Source: Lingula anatina
Lineage: Eukaryota; Animalia; Brachiopoda
Reading direction: 5' to 3'
Assembly (NCBI GenBank): GCA_051362555.1
Contig: CM120646.1
Span: 19,468,001 to 19,532,000, forward strand
Length of the DNA stretch: 64,000 nt
The notes under the pieces were generated by a model. It saw only the letters and a program-made list of their open reading frames with translations. It searched no databases and had not been told where the DNA came from. The position numbers and the translations under genes are program-made. Of this stretch, positions 27,401-42,400 are shown in pieces (within the stretch, counting starts at the first letter, position 1; each line of letters starts with the position of its first letter).

Positions 27401-30400
27401 TTTAGGTAATTTCCTTTTCAGATTGGCAAGCCTTTTAAGCAGAACCCTGTACCTTTTAAGCCACCTCCTTCTTTCAGTGTTAAGTTTGTGCTTTAGCTGC
27501 CTTGCATGACCCTTCATCCATTTTAACTTAAAGGACTTTAAACGTAACAATTTAGCCATCTGGGCAAGCTTATTAGACTTTGCCTTAAGTTTTGGATTCC
27601 TTGCACTGATGTGTTTTAATACCCTTGAATCCCACTGTAATTTCCTTGCCTTAAATTTCAACCAAAATGCTTTGCTTATTTTTTTGCTCAGCAATTCTGC
27701 CTTTTTGCTCAAGGATATCCATTTGCTGCCTTCTTGAATAAGTTTCTTAGCATGGTTTCTCAATTCTGTGACTCTTGCTTGCAAGATACTGGAAATATTC
27801 TTTTGCCCTTTAACTTGGCCAAGTTTTGCCTCTAATTTTCTAGCAAGGTTCAGAAGATAAGTGCCTTTTATAACCTTCTGTCTCAAATTTTCTACTCTAG
27901 TAGTCCACTGTAGTACTTTTTGAACTGACCTCTTTTTCCATAGGAAATGCTTGCGTTTGGCCTTTGACATGCTTACCAAAGCCTTTGCCTTCACAGATTT
28001 AGCCTGCAGAACTTTCATCTTCTTTACTAAAGCATTAAATCTTCTTTCAAGGGCCTGTATCTGTCTGGTTCGTTTTTTCGTCTCCTTTTTCTTGATGATG
28101 TGTGACAACTTCCTCTGAATCTTCATTAATGTTTTGTTATTAAGAAGATTGTTTCTGGATATTCTATGGTATTCCTTTGTTCTTCTAGTAATTTCCACAT
28201 TGAAAAGGGACTTCTCAACTTTAAAGATATTTCTCTGCAATTTTTTGGCAGTTTTTGACAAGTGGTTTGACTTTCTAAGAAGTTGTCTGCATCGTGTGTC
28301 CTTTTTCATCATTCTTCTTATTTTTCCCTTGACCTTTCTCAATTTGGGTTTCAAGGCTGGTCTACTTATGGCTTTCTTTCTTAACACCTTTAAGCGTCTG
28401 CGTAGCTTCTTCAATTTCTTTTTATTTACTTTACTTTTCCTTGCTTTCCTTCGAAGAAGTTTAGCTCTCCTAAACAAACTATGTGATTTTTTCTGTAGAA
28501 GCTTTATTGTCACCATCTTAGGACGCTTGGATATTTTCTTTCTGCTTAATTTTATTTTCCTAATTTGGAGTATCCTAGCTTTTCTGGACAAGAGCCTCGA
28601 TTTTCTCATGAGTATTCTGCCTCGTTGGATCTTTTTCTTCATTATTTTCACTTTTCTCTTGACCTTTCTCAATTTGGGTTTCAAGGCTGGTCTACTTATG
28701 GATTTCTTTCTTAACACCTTTAAGCGTCTGCTAAGTCTCTTCAGTTTCTTTTTATTTACTATAATTTTCTTTGCTTTCCTTTGAAGAAGTTTAGCTTTCC
28801 TGGACAAACTATTTGATTTTTTCTGAAATAGCTTTCTTGTCAAGATCTTTGAATGCTTGGATATTTTCTTAGCTTTTCTGGACAAGCGCATAGATTTTCT
28901 AAGTAGTAATCTGCTTAGTCTGATCTTTTTCTTCATCATCTTCACCTTTTTCTGGACCTTTCTCAATTTGGGTTTTAAGGCTGGTCTTCTTCTGGATTTC
29001 TTTCTTAACACCTTTAAGCGTCTGCTTAGTTTCTTCAATTTCTTTTTATTGACTTTACTTTTCCTTGCTTTCCTTTGAAGAAGTTTAGCTTTCCTGGACA
29101 AACTATGTGATTTTGTCTGTAGAAGCTTTATTGTGTGCACCTTTGAACGCTTGGATATTTTCTTCCTGCTTATTCTTCTTTTTCTAATTTGCAGCATCTT
29201 AGCTTTTCTGGACAAGCGACTTGATTTCCTAAGGAGTAGTTTGCCTCTTCTAATCTTTTTCTTCATTATTTTCACTTTTCTCTGGACCTTTCTCAATTTG
29301 GGTTTCAAGGCTGGCCTTCTTCTGGATTTCTTTCTTAACACCTTTAAGTGTCTGCTTAGCTTCTTCAGTTTCTTTTTATTTACTATAATTTTCTTTGCTT
29401 TCCTTCGAAGAAGTTTAGCTTTCCTGGACAAACTACGTGATTTTTTCTGTAATAGCTTTCTTGTCAGCATCTTTGAATGCTTGGATATTTTTTTAGCTTT
29501 TCTGGACAAGAGCCTTGATTTTCGAAGAAGTATTCTGACGCGTCTGATCTTTTTCTTCATAATTTTCACTTTTTTCTGGACCTTTCTCAATTTGGGTTTT
29601 AAGGCTGGCCTTCTTCTGGATTTCTTTCTTAACACCTTTAAGCGTCTGCTTAGTTTCTTCAGTTTCTTTTTATTGACTTTACTCTTCCTTGCTTTCCTTT
29701 GAAGAAGTTTAGCTTTCCTGGACAAACTATGTGATTTTTTCTGTAGAAGCTTTATCGTGTGCATCTTTGAACGCTTGGATATTTTCTTCCTGCTTATTCT
29801 TCTTTTCCTAATTTGCAGCATTTTAGCTTTTCTGGACAAGCGACTTGATTTTTTAAGGAGTAGTTTCCCTCGTCTGATCTTTTTCTTCATTATTTTCATT
29901 TTTCTCTGGACCTTTCTCAATTTGGGTTTCAAGGCTGGTCTACTTATGGATTTCTTTCTTAACACCTTTAAGCGTCTGCTTAGCTTCTTCAGTTTCTTTT
30001 TACTTACTATAATTTTCTTTGCTTTCTTTCGAAGAAGTTTAGCTTTCCTGGACAAACTCCGTGATTTTTTCTGTAATAGCCTTCTTGTCAAGATCTTTGA
30101 ACGCTTAGATATTTTCTTAGCTTTTCTGGACAAATGCCTAGATTTTCTAAGAAGTAGTTTACTTTGTCTGATCTTTTTCTTCATAATTTTCACTTTTTTC
30201 TGGACCTTCCTCAATTTGGGTTTCAAGGCTGGTCTTCTTATGGATTTCTTTCTTAACACCTTTAAGCGTCTGCTTAGTTTCTTCAGTTTCTTTTTATTGA
30301 CTTTACTCTTCCTTGCTTTCCTTTGAAGAAGTTTAGCTTTCCTGGACAAACTATGTGATTTTTTCTGTAGAAGCTTTATCGTGTGCATCTTTGAACGCTT

Positions 30401-33400
30401 GGATATTTTCTTCCTGCTTATTCTTCTTTTTCTAATTTGCGGCATCTTAGCTTTTCTGGACAAGCGCCTTGATTTTCTTAGGAGTAGTTTCCCTTGTCTC
30501 ATCTTTTTCTTCATTATTTTCACTTTTCTCTGGATCTTTTTCAATTTGGGTTTCAAGGCTGGCCTTCTTCTGGATTTCTTTCTTAACACCTTTAAGCGTC
30601 TGCTTAGCTTCTTCAGTTTCATTTTATTTACTATACTTTTCATTGCTTTCTTTCGAAGAAGTTTAGCTTTCCTAGATAAACTGCGTGATTTTTTCTGTAA
30701 AAGCTTTCTCGTCAAGATCTTTGACTGCTTGGATATTTTCTTTGCTTTTCTGGACAAGTGCCTTGATTTTCTAAGAAGTATTCTGATGCGTCTGATCCTT
30801 TTCTTCATTATTTTCACTTTTTTCTGGACCTTTCTCAATTTGGGTTTTAAGGCTGGTTTTCTTATGGATTTCTTTCTTAACACCTTTAAGTGTCTGCTTA
30901 GCTTCTTCAATTTCTTTTCATTTACTTTACTTTTCCTTGCTTTCCTTCGAAGAAGTTTAGCTTTCCTGGACAAACTACGTGATTTCTTCTGTAGAAGCTT
31001 AATTGTCAGCATCTTTGGACGCTTGGAAATTTTCTTTCTGCTTATTCTTCTTTTCCTAATTTGCAGCATCTTAGCTTTTGCGGACAAGCGCCTTGATTTT
31101 CTCATGAGTATTCTGCCTCGTTTGATCTTTTTCTTCATCATTTTCACTTTTCTCTGGACCCTTCTCAATTTGGGTTTCAAGGCTGGTCTTCTTCTGGATT
31201 TCTTTCTTAACACCTTTAAGCGTCTGCTTAGCTTCTTCAGTTTCTTTTTATTTACTATAATTTTCTTTGCTTTCCTTCGAAGAAGTTTAGCTTTCCTGGA
31301 TAAACTATTTGATTTTTTCTGTAAAAGCTTTCTTGTCAGCATCTTTGAACGCTTGGATATTTTCTTAGCTTTTCTAGACAAGCGCCTAGATTTTCTAAGA
31401 AGTAGTTTGCTTTGTCTGATCTTTTTCTTCATATTTTTCACTTTTCTCTGGACCTTTCTCAATTTGGGTTTTAAGGCTGGTCTGCTTATGGATTTCTTTC
31501 TTAACACCTTTAAGCGTCTGCTTAGCTTCTTCAATTTCTTTTTATTTACTTTACTTTTTCTTGCTTTCTTTCGAAGAAGTTTAGCTTTCCTGGACAAACT
31601 ATGTGATTTTTTCTGTAGAAGCTTTCTTGTCAGCATCTTTCGCAGATTGGATATTTTCTTTCTGCTTATTCTTCTTTTTCTAATTTGCAGCCTCCTAGCT
31701 TTTCGGGACAAGCGCCTTGATTTTCTCATGAGTATTCTGCCTCGTTTAATCTTTTTCTTCATTTTTTTCACTTTTCTCTGGACCTTTCTCAATTTGGGTT
31801 TCAAGGCTGGTCTTCTAATGGATTTCTTTCTTAACACCTTTAAGCGTCTGCTTAGTTTCTTCAGTTTCTTTTTATTTACCTTAATTTTCTTTGCTTTCTT
31901 TTGAAGAAGTTTAGCTTTCCTGGACAAACTACTTGATTTTTTCTGTAAAAGCTTTCTTGTCAGCATCTTTGAACGCTTGGATATTTTCTTAGCTTTTCTC
32001 GACAAGCGCCTAGATTTTCTAAGTAGTAGTTTGCTTTGTCTGATCTTTTTCTTCATAATTTTCATTTTTTTCTGGACCTTTCTCAATTTGGGTTTTAAGG
32101 CTGGTCTTCTTATGGCTTTCTTTCTTAACACCTTTAAGCGTTTGCTTAGCTTCTTCAGTTTCTTTTTATTTACTTTACTTTTCCTTGCCTTCCTTCGAAG
32201 AAGTTTAGCTTTCCTGGACAAACTACGCGATTTTTTCTGTAAAAGTTTTCTTGTCAGCATCTTTGGACGCTTGGATATTTTCTTTCTGCTTATTCTTCTT
32301 TTCCTTATTTGTAGCATCCTAGCTTTTCTGGACAAGCGCCTTGATTTTCTCATGAGTATTCTGCCTCGTTTGATCTTTTTCTTCATTATTTTCACTTTTC
32401 TCTGGACCTTTCTCAATTTGGGTTGCAAAGCTGGTCTTCTTCTGGATTTCTTTCTTAACACCTTTAAGCGTCTGCTTAGTTTCTTCAGTTTCTTTTTATT
32501 TACCTTAATTTTCTTGGCCTTCCTTAGAAGAAGTTTAGCTTTCCTGGACAAACTACTTGATTTTTTCTGTAAAAGCTTTCTTGTCAGCATCTTTGAACGC
32601 TTGGATATTTTCTTAGCTTTTCTGGACAAGCGCCTAGATTTTCTAAGTAGTAGTTTGCTTTGTCTGATCTTTTTCTTCATAATTTTCATTTTTTTCTGGA
32701 CCTTTCTTAATTTGGGTTTTAAGGCTGGTCTTCTTATCGCTTTCTTTCTTAACACCTTTAAGCGTTTGCTTAGCTTCTTCAGTTTCTTTTTATTTACTTT
32801 ACTTTTCCTTGCCTTTCTTCGAAGAAGTTTAGCTTTCCTGGACAAACTACGCGATTTTTTCTGTAAAAGTTTTCTTGTCAGCATCTTTGGACGCTTGGAT
32901 ATTTTCTTTCTGCTTATTCTTCTTTTCCTTATTTGTAGCATCCTAGCTTTTCTGGACAAGCGCCTTGATTTTCTCATGAGTATTCTGCCTCGTTTGATCT
33001 TTTTCTTCATTATTTTCACTTTTCTCTGGACCTTTCTCAATTTGGGTTGCAAAGCTGGTCTTCTTCTGGATTTCTTTCTTAACACCTTTAAGCGTCTGCT
33101 TAGTTTCTTCAGTTTCTTTTTATTTACCTTAATTTTCTTGGCTTTCCTTAGAAGAAGTTTAGCTTTCCTGGACAAACTACTTGATTTTTTCTGTAAAAGC
33201 TTTCTTGTCAGCATCTTTGAATGCTTGGATATTTTCTTAGCTTTTCTGGACAAGCGCCTAGATTTTCTAAGTAGTAGTTTGCTTTGTCTGATCTTTTTCT
33301 TCATAATTTTCATTTTTTTCTGGACCTTTCTTAATTTGGGTTTTAAGGCTGGTTTTCTTATAGCTTTCTTTCTTAACACCTTTAAGCGTTTGCTTAGCTT

Positions 33401-36400
33401 CTTCAGTTTCTTTTTATTTACTTTACTTTTCCTTGCTTTCCTTTGAAGAAGTTTAGCTTTCCTGGACAAACTACGCGATTTTTTCTGTAAAAGTTTTCTT
33501 GTCAGCATCTTTGGACGCTTGAATATTTTCTTTCTGCTTATTCTTCTTTTCCTTATTTGTAGCATCCTAGCTTTTCGGGACAAGCGCCTTGATTTTCTCA
33601 TGAGTATTCTGCCTCGTTTGATCTTTTTCTTCATTATTTTCACTTTTCTCTGGACCTTTCTCAATTTGGGTTTCAAGGCTGGTCTTCTTCTGGATTTCTT
33701 TCTTAACACCTTTAAGCGTCTGCTTAGTTTCTTCAGTTTCTTTTTATTTACCTTAATTTTCTTTGCTTTCTTTTGAAGAAGTTTAGCTTTCCTGGACAAA
33801 CTACTTGATTTTTTCTGTAAAAGCTTTCTTGTCAGCATCTTTGAACGCTTGGATATTTTCTTTGCTTTTCTGGACAAGCGCCTAGATTTTCTAAGTAGTA
33901 GTTTCCTTTGTCTGATCTTTTTCTTCATAATTTTCATTTTTTTCTGGACCTTTCTCAATTTGGGTTTTAAGGCTGGTCTTCTTATGGCTTTCTTTCTAAG
34001 CACCTTTAAGCGTTTGCTTAGCTTCTTCAGTTTCTTTTTATTTACTTTACTTTTCCTTGCTTTCCTTCGAAGAAGTTTAGCTTTCCTGGACAAACTACGC
34101 AATTTTTTCTGTAAAAGTTTTCTTGTCAGCATCTTTGGACGCTCGGATATTTTCTTTCTGCTTATTCTTCTTTTCCTTATTTGTAGCATCCTAGCTTTTC
34201 GGGACAAGCGCCTTGATTTTCTCATGAGTATTCTGCCTCGTTTGATCTTTTTCTTCATTATTTTCACTTTTCTCTGGACCTTTCTCAATTTGGGTTTCAA
34301 GGCTGGTCTTCTTCTGGATTTCTTTCTTAACACCTTTAAGCGTCTGCTTAGTTTCTTTAGTTTCTTTTTATTTACCTTAATTTTCTTTGCTTTCTTTTGA
34401 AGAAGTTTAGCTTTCCTGGACAAACTACTTGATTTTTTCTGTAAAAGCTTTCTTGTCAGCATCTTTGAACGCTTGGATATTTTCTTTGCTTTTCTGGACA
34501 AGCGCCTAGATTTTCTAAGTAGTAGTTTCCTTTGTCTGATCTTTTTCTTCATAATTTTCATTTTTTTCTGGACCTTTCTCAATTTGGGTTTTAAGGCTGG
34601 TCTTCTTATGGCTTTCTTTCTAAGCACCTTTAAGCGTTTGCTTAGCTTCTTCAGTTTCTTTTTATTTACTTTACTTTTCCTTGCTTTCCTTCGAAGAAGT
34701 TTAGCTTTCCTGGACAAACTACGCAATTTTTTCTGTAAAAGTTTTCTTGTCAGCATCTTTGGACGCTTGGATATTTTCTTTCTGCTTATTCTTCTTTTCC
34801 TTATTTGTAGCATCCTAGCTTTTCGGGACAAGCGCCTTGATTTTCTCATGAGTATTCTGCCTCGTTTGATCTTTTTCTTCATTATTTTCACTTTTCTCTG
34901 GACCTTTCTCAATTTGGGTTTCAAGGCTGGTCTTCTTCTGGATTTCTTTCTTAACACCTTTAAGCGTCTGCTTAGCTTCTTCAGTTTCTTTTTATTTACC
35001 TTAATTTTCTTTGCTTTCCTTTGAAGAAGTTTAGCTTTCCTGGACAAACTACGCAATTTTTTCTGTAAAAGTTTTCTTGTCAGCATCTTTGGCCGCTTGG
35101 ATATTTTCTTTCTGCTTATTCTTCTTTTCCTTATTTGTAGCATCCTAGCTTTTCGGGACAAGCGCCTTGATTTTCTCATGAGTATTCTGCCTCGTTTGAT
35201 CTTTTTCTTCATTATTTTCACTTTTCTCTGGATCTTTCTCAATTTGGGTTTCAAGGCTGGTCTTCTTCTGGATTTCTTTCTTAACACCTTTAAGCGTCTG
35301 CTTAGCTTCTTCAGTTTCTTTTTATTTACCTTAATTTTCTTTGCTTTCCTTTGAAGAAGTTTAGCTTTCCTGGCCAAACTACTTGATTTTTTCTGTAAAA
35401 GCTTTCTTGTCAGCATCTTTGAACGCTTGGATATTTTCTTAGCTTTTCTGGACAAGAGCCTAGATTTTCTAAGTAGTAGTTTGCTTTGTCTGATCTTTTT
35501 CTTCATAATTTTCACTTTTCTCTGGACCTTTCTCAATTTGGGTTTTAAGGCTGGTCTTCTTATGGCTTTCTTTCTTAACACCTTTAAGCGTTTGCTTAGC
35601 TTCTTCAGTTTCTTTTTATTTACTTTACTTTTCCTTGCTTTCCTTCGAAGAAGTTTAGCTTTCCTGGACAAACTACGAGATTTTTTCTGTAAAAGTTTTC
35701 TTGTCAGCTTCTTTGGACGCTTGGATATTTTCTTTCTGCTTATTCTTCTTTTCCTTATTTGTAGCATCCTAGCTTTTCTGGACAAGCGCCTTGATTTTCT
35801 CATGAGTATTCTGCCTCGTTTGATCTTTTTCTTCATTATTTTCACTTTTCTCTGGACCTTTCTCAATTTGGGTTTCAAGGCTGGTCTTCTTCTGGATTTC
35901 TTTCTTAACACCTTTAAGCGTCTGCTTAGCTTCTTCAGTTTCTTTTTATTTACCTTAATTTTCTTTGCTTTCCTTTGAAGAAGTTTAGCTTTCCTGGACA
36001 AACTACTTGATTTTTTCTGTAAAAGCTTTCTTGTCAGCATCTTTGAACGCTTGGATATTTTCTTAGCTCTTCTGGACAAGCGCCTAGATTTTCTAAGTAG
36101 TAGTTTGCTTTGTCTGATCTTTTTCTTCATAATTTTCATTTTTTTCTGGACCTTTCTCAATTTGGGTTTTAAGGCTGGTCTTCTTATGGCTTTCTTTCTT
36201 AACACCTTTAAGCGTTTGCTTAGCTTCTTCAGTTTCTTTTTATTTACTTTACTTTTCCTTGCTTTCCTTCGAAGAAGTTTAGCTTTCCTGGACAAACTAC
36301 GCCATTTTTTCTGTAAAAGTTTTCTTGTCAGCTTCTTTGGATGCTTGGATATTTTCTTTTTGCTTATTCTTCTTTTCCTTATTTGTAGCATCCTAGCTTT

Positions 36401-39400
36401 TCGGGACAAGCGCCTTGATTTTCTCATGAGTATTCTGCCTCGTTTGATCTTTTTCTTCATTATTTTCACTTTTCTCTGGACCTTTCTCAATTTGGGTTTC
36501 AAGGCTGGTCTTCTTCTGGATTTCTTTCTTAACACCTTTAAGCGTCTGCTAAGCTTCTTCAGTTTCTTTTTATTTACCTTAATTTTCTTTGCTTTCCTTA
36601 GAAGAAGTTTAGCTTTCCTGGACAAACTACTTGATTTTTTCCTTAAAAGCTTTCTTGGCAGCATCTTTGAACGCTTGGATATTTTCTTAGCTTTTCTTGA
36701 CAAGCGCCTAGATTTTCTAAGTAGTAGTTTGCTTTGTCTGATCTTTTTCTTCATAATTTTTATTTTTTTCTGGACCTTTCTCAATTTGGGTTTTAAGGCT
36801 GGTCTTCTTATGGCTTTCTTTCTTAACACCTTTAAGCGTTTGCTTAGCTTCTTCAGTTTCTTTTTATTTACTTTACTTTTCCTTGCTTTCCTTCGAAGAA
36901 GTTTAGCTTTCCTGGACAAACTACGAGATTTTTTCTGTAAAAGTTTTCTTGTCAGCATCTTTGGACGCTTGGATATTTTCTTTCTGCTTATTCTTCTTTT
37001 CCTTATTTGTAGCATCCTAGCTTTTCGGGACAAGCGCCTTGATTTTCTCATGAGTATTCTGCCTCGTTTGATCTTTTTCTTCATTATTTTCACTTTTCTC
37101 TGGACCTTTCTCAATTTGGGTTTCAAGGCTGGTCTTCTTCTGGATTTCTTTCTTAACACCTTTAAGCGTCTGCTTAGCTTCTTCAGTTTCTTTTTATTTA
37201 CCTTAATTTTCTTTGCTTTCCTTAGAAGAAGTTTAGCTTTCCTGGACAAACTACTTGATTTTTTCTGTAAAAGCTTTCTTGGCAGCATCTTTGAACGCTT
37301 GGATATTTTTTTAGCTTTTCTTGACAAGCGCCTAGATTTTCTAAGTAGTAGTTTGCTTTGTCTGATCTTTTTCTTCATAATTTTCACTTTTCTCTGGACC
37401 TTTCTCAATTTGGGTTTCAAGGCTGGTCTTCTTATGGCTATCTTTCTTAACACCTTTAAGCGTTTGCTTAGCTTCTTCAGTTTCTTTTTATTTACCTTAA
37501 TTTTCTTTGCTTTCCTTTGAAGAAGTTTAGCTTTCCTGGACAAACTACTTGATTTTTTCTGTAAAAGCTTTTTTGGCAGCATCTTTGAACGCTTGGATAT
37601 TTTCTTAGCTTTTCTTGACAAGCGCCTAGATTTTCTAAGTAGTAGTTTGCTTTGTCTGATCTTTTTCTTCATAATTTTCACTTTTCTCTGGACCTTTCTC
37701 AATTTGGGTTTCAAGGCTGGTCTTCTTATGGATTTCTTTCTTAACACCTTTAAGCGTCTGCTTAGCTTCTTCAGTTTCTTTTTATTTACCTTAATTTTCT
37801 TTGCTTTTCTTCGAAGAAGTTTAGCTTTCCTGGACAAACTACTTGATTTTTTCTGTAAAAGCTTTCTTGTCAGCATCTTTGAACGCTTGGATATTTTCTT
37901 TGCTTTTCTGGATAAGCGCCTAGATTTTCTAAGTAGTAGTTTGCTTTGTCTGTTCTTTTTCTTCATACTTATTATTTTTTTCTGGACCTTTCTCACTTTG
38001 GGTTTCAAGGCTGGTCTTCTAATGGATTTCTTTCTTAACACCTTTAAGTGTCTGCTTAGTTTCTTCAGTTTCTTTTTATTTACCTTAATTTTCTTTGCTT
38101 TCCTTTGAAGAAGTTTAGCTTTCCTGGACAAACTACTTGATTTTTTCTGTAAAAGCTTTCTTGTCAGCATTTTTGAACGCTTGGATATTTTCTTTGCTTT
38201 TCTGGACAAGCGCCTAGATTTTCTAAGTAGTAGTTTGCTTTGTCTGTTCTTTTTCTTCATACTTAATACTTTTTTCTGGACCTTTCTCACTTTGGGTTTC
38301 AAGGCTGGTCTTCTAATGGATTTCTTTCTTAACACCTTTAAGCGTCTGCTTAGCTTCTTCAGTTTCTTCTCATTTACCTTAATTTTCTTTGCTTTCCTTC
38401 GAAGAAGTTTAGCTTTCCTGGACAAACTACTTGATTTTTTCTGTAAAAGCTTTCTTGTCAGCATCTTTGAACGCTTGGATATTTTCTTTGCTTTTCTGGA
38501 CAAGCGCCTAGATTTTTTAAGAAGTAGTCTGCTTTGTCTGTTCTTTTTCTTAATAATTTTCACTTTTCTCTGGACCTTTCTCACTTTGGGTTTCAAGGCG
38601 GGTCTTCTTCTGGATTTCTTTCTTAACACCTTTAAGCGTCTGCTTAGCTTCTTCAGTATCTTTTTATTAACCTTAATTTTCTTTGCTTTCCTTTGAAGAA
38701 GTTTAGCTTTCCTGGACAAACTACTTGATTTTTTCTGTAAAAGCTTTCTTGTCAGCATCTTTGAACGCTTGGATATTTTCTTTGCTTTTCTGGACAAGCG
38801 CCTAGATTTTTTAAGAAGTAGTCTGCTTTGTCTGTTCTTTTTCTTCATAATTTTCACTTTTCTCTGCACCTTTCTCACTTTGGGTTTCAAGGCTGGTCTT
38901 CTTCTGGATTTCTTTCTTAACACCTTTAAGCGTCTGCTTAGTTTCTTCAGTTTCTTTTTATTTACCTTAATTTTCTTGGCTTTCCTTAGAAGAAGTTTAG
39001 CTTTCCTGGACAAACTACTTGATTTTTTCTGTAAAAGCTTTCTTGTCAGCATCTTTGAACGCTCGGATATTTTCTTTGCTTTTCTGGACAAGCGCCTGGA
39101 TTTTCTAAGTAGTAGTTTGCTTTGTCTAATCTTTTTCTTCATTATTTTCACTTTTTTCTGGACCTTTCTCACTTTGGGTTTTAAGGCTGGTCTTCTAATG
39201 GATTTCTTTCTTAACACCTTTAAGCGTCTGCTTAGCTTCTTCAGTTTCTTTTTATTTACCTTAATTTTCTTTGCTTTCCTTTGAAGAAGTTTAGCTTTCC
39301 TGGACAAACTACTTGATTTTTTCTGTAAAAGCTTTCTTGTCAGCATCTTTGAACGCTTGGATATTTTCTTTGCTTTTCGGGCCAAGAGCCTTGATTTTCT

Positions 39401-42400
39401 CATGAGTATTCTGCCTCGTTTGACCTTTTTCTTCATTATATTCACTTTTCTCTGGACCTTTCTCAATTTAGGTTTCAAGGCTGGTCTTTTTCTGGATTTC
39501 TTTTTTAATACCTTTAATCGCCTACTCAGCTTTCTCAATTTTTTGTCATTTACTTTAATTTTCCTTGCTTTCCAGTGAAGATGTCCAGCTCTCATAGACA
39601 AACGATGTAGTCTCCTTTGCAGAAGTCTTCTTTTCATTATCTTTGAAGGCCTGGATATCTCCTTTTTTCTATATCTTCTCTTCTTTATCTGCAGCAACTT
39701 AGCTCTGCTGAAAAAGCGTCGGAATTTTCTACGAAGGAGTCTGCCTCGTCTGATCCTTTTCTTCATTCTTCTCACTTTTCTCTGAACCTTTCTCAATTGA
39801 GGTTTTAAGGCTGGTCTTCTCATAGATTTCTTTCTCAGCGTCTTTAAATGTCTGTTAAGCTTCTTAAATTTCTTCTTAATTAGTTTATTTTTACTTGCTT
39901 TCATTCGAAGATGTCTTGCTCTCTTGGACAAATGACGCAATGTTTTCTGTAGATGCCTTCTTTTCAATATCTTTGAACGCCTGGATATCCTCTTTCTTCT
40001 ATATTTTCTCTCCCTCATTTGCAGTATTCTTGCTCTTCTGGACAAGCGCCTAGCTTTTCTACGAATACGTCTACCTTGTCTGATTGTTTTCTTTATTCTT
40101 CTCACTTTTCTCTTGACTTTTCTTAATTTGGGTTTCAAGGCTGGTCTATGTCTAGATTTCCTTCTTAACACCTTTAAAAGCTTTCTGAGCCTTCTCAATT
40201 TCTCTTTATTTTTCCTTGCATTACTTTGAAGACGTCCAACTATTCTGGACAAACGGTGTATTTTTCTAAGTAACTGTCTTCTCCTCAATATGTTTGAAAG
40301 CCTGGATAGCCTCTTTCTTCTGTATCTTATCCTCTTCATTTGCAGCATTCTAGCTCTCCTGGACAACTGCCTAGATTTTTTACGAATAAGTCTACCTCGT
40401 CTGATTCTTTGCCTCATTCTTCTCACTTTTCTCTGGGCTTTTCTTAATTTGGGTTTCAAGACTGGTCTTCTTATGGACTTCCTTCTTAATGCTTTTAAGA
40501 GTCTGCTTAGTCTTTTCAATTTCATCTTATCAGCTTTGGTTTTCCTTGCTTTTCTGCGAAGATGTTGAATTCTCCTGGACAAAAGACGCGATTTTCTCCA
40601 CAGATGCCATCTCTTCAATGTTTCTGAATGCCTGGATAGCCTTTTTCTTCTGTATCTTATCCTCTTCATTTGCAGCATTCTAGCTCTTCTGGACAACTGC
40701 CTAGATTTTTTACGAATAAGTCTACCTCGTCTGATTCTTTGCCTCATTCTTCTCACTTCTCTCTGGGCTTTTCTTAATTTGGGTTTCAAGACTGGTCTTC
40801 TTATGGACTTCCTTCTTAATGCTTTTAAGAGTCTGCTTAGTCTTTTCAATTTCATCTTATCAGCTTTGGTTTTCCTTGCTTTTCTGCGAAGATGTTGAAT
40901 TCTCCTGGACAAAAGACGCGATTTTCTCCACAGATGCCATCTCTTCAATGTTTCTGAACGCCTGGATAGCCTTTTTCTTCTGTATCTTATCCTCTTCATT
41001 TGCAGCATTCTAGCTCTTCTGGACAACTGCCTAGATTTTTTACGAATAAGTCTACCTCGTCTGATTCTTTGCCTCATTCTTCTCACTTTTCTCTGGGCTT
41101 TTCTAAATTTGGGTTTCAAGACTGGTCTTCTTATGGACTTCCTTCTTAATACTTTTAAGAGTCTGCTTAGTCTTTTCAATTTCATCTTATCAGCTTTGGT
41201 TTTCCTTGCTTTTCTGCGAAGATGTTGAATTCTCCTGGACAAAAGACGCGATTTTCTCCACAGATGCCATCTCTTTAATATCTTTGAACGGCTGGATACC
41301 CTCTTTCTCCTATATCTTCTCTTCCGCATTTGCAGCACTCTAGCTCTTCTGGATAACCGCCTAAATTTTCTATGAATTAGACTGCCTCGTTTGATTTTTT
41401 GCCTCATTCTTCTCATTTTTCTCTTCATTTTTCGTAATTTGGGTCTCAAGGCTGGCCTTCTTCTAGATTTCCTGCTTAACACCTTTATTCGTCTGCTAAG
41501 GTTTCTCAATTTTTCCTTATTTACTTTAATTTTCCTTGCTTTCCTGCGAAGATGTTGAACTCTCCTGGACAAACGGCGTGATTTTCTCCACAGGTGTCTT
41601 CTTTTCAACATCTTTGAACGCCTGGATACCCTCTTCCTCCTATATATTCTCTTCCTCATTTGCAGCATTCTAGCTCTTCTGGACAAGCGCCTAGATTTTC
41701 TAAGAATAAGTCTGCCTCGTCTGATTCTTTGCCTCGTTCTTCTCACTTTTCTCTGGGCCTTTCTTAATTTGGGTTTCAAGGCTGGTCTTCTTCTGGACTT
41801 CCTTCTTAACACCTTTAAGTGTCTGCTCAGTCTCTTCAGTTTCTTCTTATCAACTTTGATTTTCCTTGCTTTCCTGCGAAGATGTTGAACTCTCCTGGAC
41901 AAACGGCGTGACTTTCTCCACAGATGCCTTCTTTTCAACATCTTTGAACGCCTGGAAACCCTCTTCATTCTATATCTTCTCTTCCTCATTTGCAGTATTC
42001 TAGCTCTTTTGGACAAGCGCCTAGATTTTCTACGAAGACGTCTGCCTCGTCTGATGCTCTGCTTCATTTTTCTAACTTTTCTCTTCATTTTTCTTAATTT
42101 GGGTCTCAAGGCTGGTCTTCTTCTGGATTTCCTGCTTAACACCTTTATTCGTCTGCTTAGCTTTCTCAATTTTTCTTTATTTACTTTAATTTTCCTTGCT
42201 TTCCATCTCAGATTTCCAGCTCTCCTGGACAATTGCCGTGATTTTCTCCGTAGATGCTTTCTTTTCAGTATCTTTGAACGCCTAGATACCCTCTTCATTC
42301 TATATCTTCTCTTTCGCATTTGCAGTATTCTAGCTCTTCTGGACAAGCGCCTAGATTTTCTAAGAATAAGTCTGCCTCGTCTGATTCTTTGCCTAGTTCT